A stretch of 64,000 bases of DNA from Epiperipatus broadwayi. Its lineage: Eukaryota > Animalia > Onychophora. Shown in pieces: positions 62,512 to 64,000 of the stretch; within the stretch, counting starts at the first letter, position 1; each line of letters starts with the position of its first letter. The notes under the pieces are model-generated. The model saw only the letters and a list, made by a program, of their open reading frames with translations. It made no database searches and was not told the DNA's origin. The translations under genes and the position numbers were made by a program. The stretch spans positions 2,790,001-2,854,000 of the forward strand of contig JAQFVV010000010.1 of NCBI GenBank assembly GCA_028023455.1. The letters are read 5' to 3'.

Positions 62512-62655
62512 TATCTCTCTCTCCCTCTCTCTCTTTCCCCCCTCTCTCCCCTCCCTCTCTCTCTCCTTCTTCCTTCTTCCTCCCTCTTCCTCCCTCCCCT
62601 CCCTCTCTCCCCCTCTCTCTCCTTCTTCCTCCCTCTCTCTCCTTCTTCCTCTCTC
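62512..62655. repeat. CT-rich low-complexity microsatellite
   Basis: Pure pyrimidine tract made of (CT)n and (CCT/CTT)n. It explains the spurious ORFs at 62412-62789. Confidence 0.95.
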
Positions 62656-62759
62656 TCGTTCACTCACTTACACACACAATTGAGGATGTAATATCATATT
62701 CTTTACTTATTATAGTTTCTGATTTGGGATTGGCTATTGCAGTTTACTGTTTGACACAA

Positions 62760-64000
62760 TTAACATATCAGAAACCCTCACATAGATAATTTCTGTCTCC
62801 TGACATGTAAATTCATTTTTGAGTTTAATCACTTTTAACCTCTGATAAGATTTCCGCTATGGTACCTGGAATCCATCTTTTTTTTTTTTATTAGATTTCT
62901 AACCTATACTGCTTTGCCAACCTGAAATTTTACGAAATTTGTATTATAGTTTTTTCATCAAAATTACTTTTTTCTGTTCCATTTTTAAGCAGTAACAGCA
63001 ATAACATTGCAGACTGACAAACTCTAGGTGAGCATTTCATATTTGTTTGGTGGTGTAGCTTGGTTGACTTTTTGGCCATAGTTTTTCATCTGATTGTACC
63101 TATGGTCTCTATTAGTTTATTCTGCTATTTTGGAACTATTCAGATTTTCTTGATCAAACAAGTTCAGTAAGTTTTATCTCTCGAAACTTCAGCTGGGCTT
63201 TATCTCTCACATGTAAATGTGATAAAACATCAGCATGTATAATCTGAGTACTAGGCTTATTGTAGTCATATGTAACTAAAATATTTATCCATCTTAAAAG
63301 TCTTTGGCTTATATAGTCATGATTTTTTTTTATTTTTGCTGAAAATTCCAAGTAAAGGACAATGATCAGTATAAAACATAGATTTTCATCCATATACATA
63401 TTGATGGAACTTTTTTATTGCAAAAATAATTGCCATGGTTTTCTTATCTAGCTGACTAATTTTTATCAGCTGATGTTGAAATTCAGGAGACATATGCAAT
63501 CAGCATTTGCCTCTGTAGCAGTGATGGGAGATTACAGCTTTGATTCCAAATTCCAAAGCATTTGTAGTAATAATAACTTCCTGGTTGCTCCTATAAGATT
63601 ATAAATAGTCCCTTTTTCGAATCCTATTTTCTGCTTCATCTCCAATGTTGTTCGTTATGTAATAAATTGTTTAACAATATTAACATATATGATTTGCTCT
63701 GGAGAAAACTTTTGTAAAAGTTTCACTATCCCAAAAATGCTAAATCCTTTAAATTTCTTGGAGTAGCCATTTCCTTACAGCTCTTACATTTTTGAGGCTT
63801 GAATACTTAACCTTTTTATTTATTACATGCTCCAGATTGACCAAATGCATTTATCCACATTCAATCTCCAACTTTGTTTAGTTTTGAAAATCGAGCACAT
63901 TTCTGTCACTCAATTTTCCGACTTTTTTCCAGTTTGGGTAGGTCTCAAAATGTCATCTAAATAGGGGAACTCCACCTATGCCTTACAATAGCACGTTCAT
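62760..64000 (-). mobile_element. Decayed Gypsy pol (RT, RNase H, integrase end)
   Basis: The minus strand gives PYLDDIL (RT), FGIKAVISH...SQLDKKTMAIIFAIKKFHQYVYG...YTDHCPLLGIF (RNase H) and WIPGTIAEIL (integrase C-terminus). Confidence 0.85.

Noticed and set aside
62412-62789. Three ORFs of 65-115 aa
   Set aside because: Products of the CT microsatellite (low complexity).
53151-64000. Next Girdin exon (expected NATLQAEK-like)
   Set aside because: No candidate with correct phase, splice sites and similarity was found; it probably lies beyond the window.

Overview
AT-rich, CpG-depleted animal genomic DNA, most likely invertebrate. The window holds 11 consecutive internal coding exons of a Girdin/Daple-family (CCDC88, Hook-related) gene on the + strand. 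They splice into one 830-codon open frame, with one GC-AG intron; the start and end of the gene lie outside the window. The introns are filled with decayed mobile DNA: RTE-type LINEs, Gypsy LTR elements, hAT elements, three copies of a TA-flanked pogo/Tc1-like MITE and at least four Penelope-like (GIY-YIG) fragments, most of them arranged as foldbacks. The main unexpected signal is a ~468-nt repeat family at 4-5 loci. It carries a type I hammerhead ribozyme fold (consensus ATAATC-TGG-ACCAA-CTGATGA-GTGCTG-RTT-YAGCAC-GAAA-TACGTA-TA/TTGGT-GATTAT) and Pol III A/B-box-like motifs, and it occurs as tandem and inverted copies, which is a retrozyme-like architecture. A second, unrelated 141-nt tandem repeat carries a minimal dimer-type hammerhead motif, and several Penelope ends carry variant hammerhead cores. 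All calls were made by eye and the TE boundaries are approximate.
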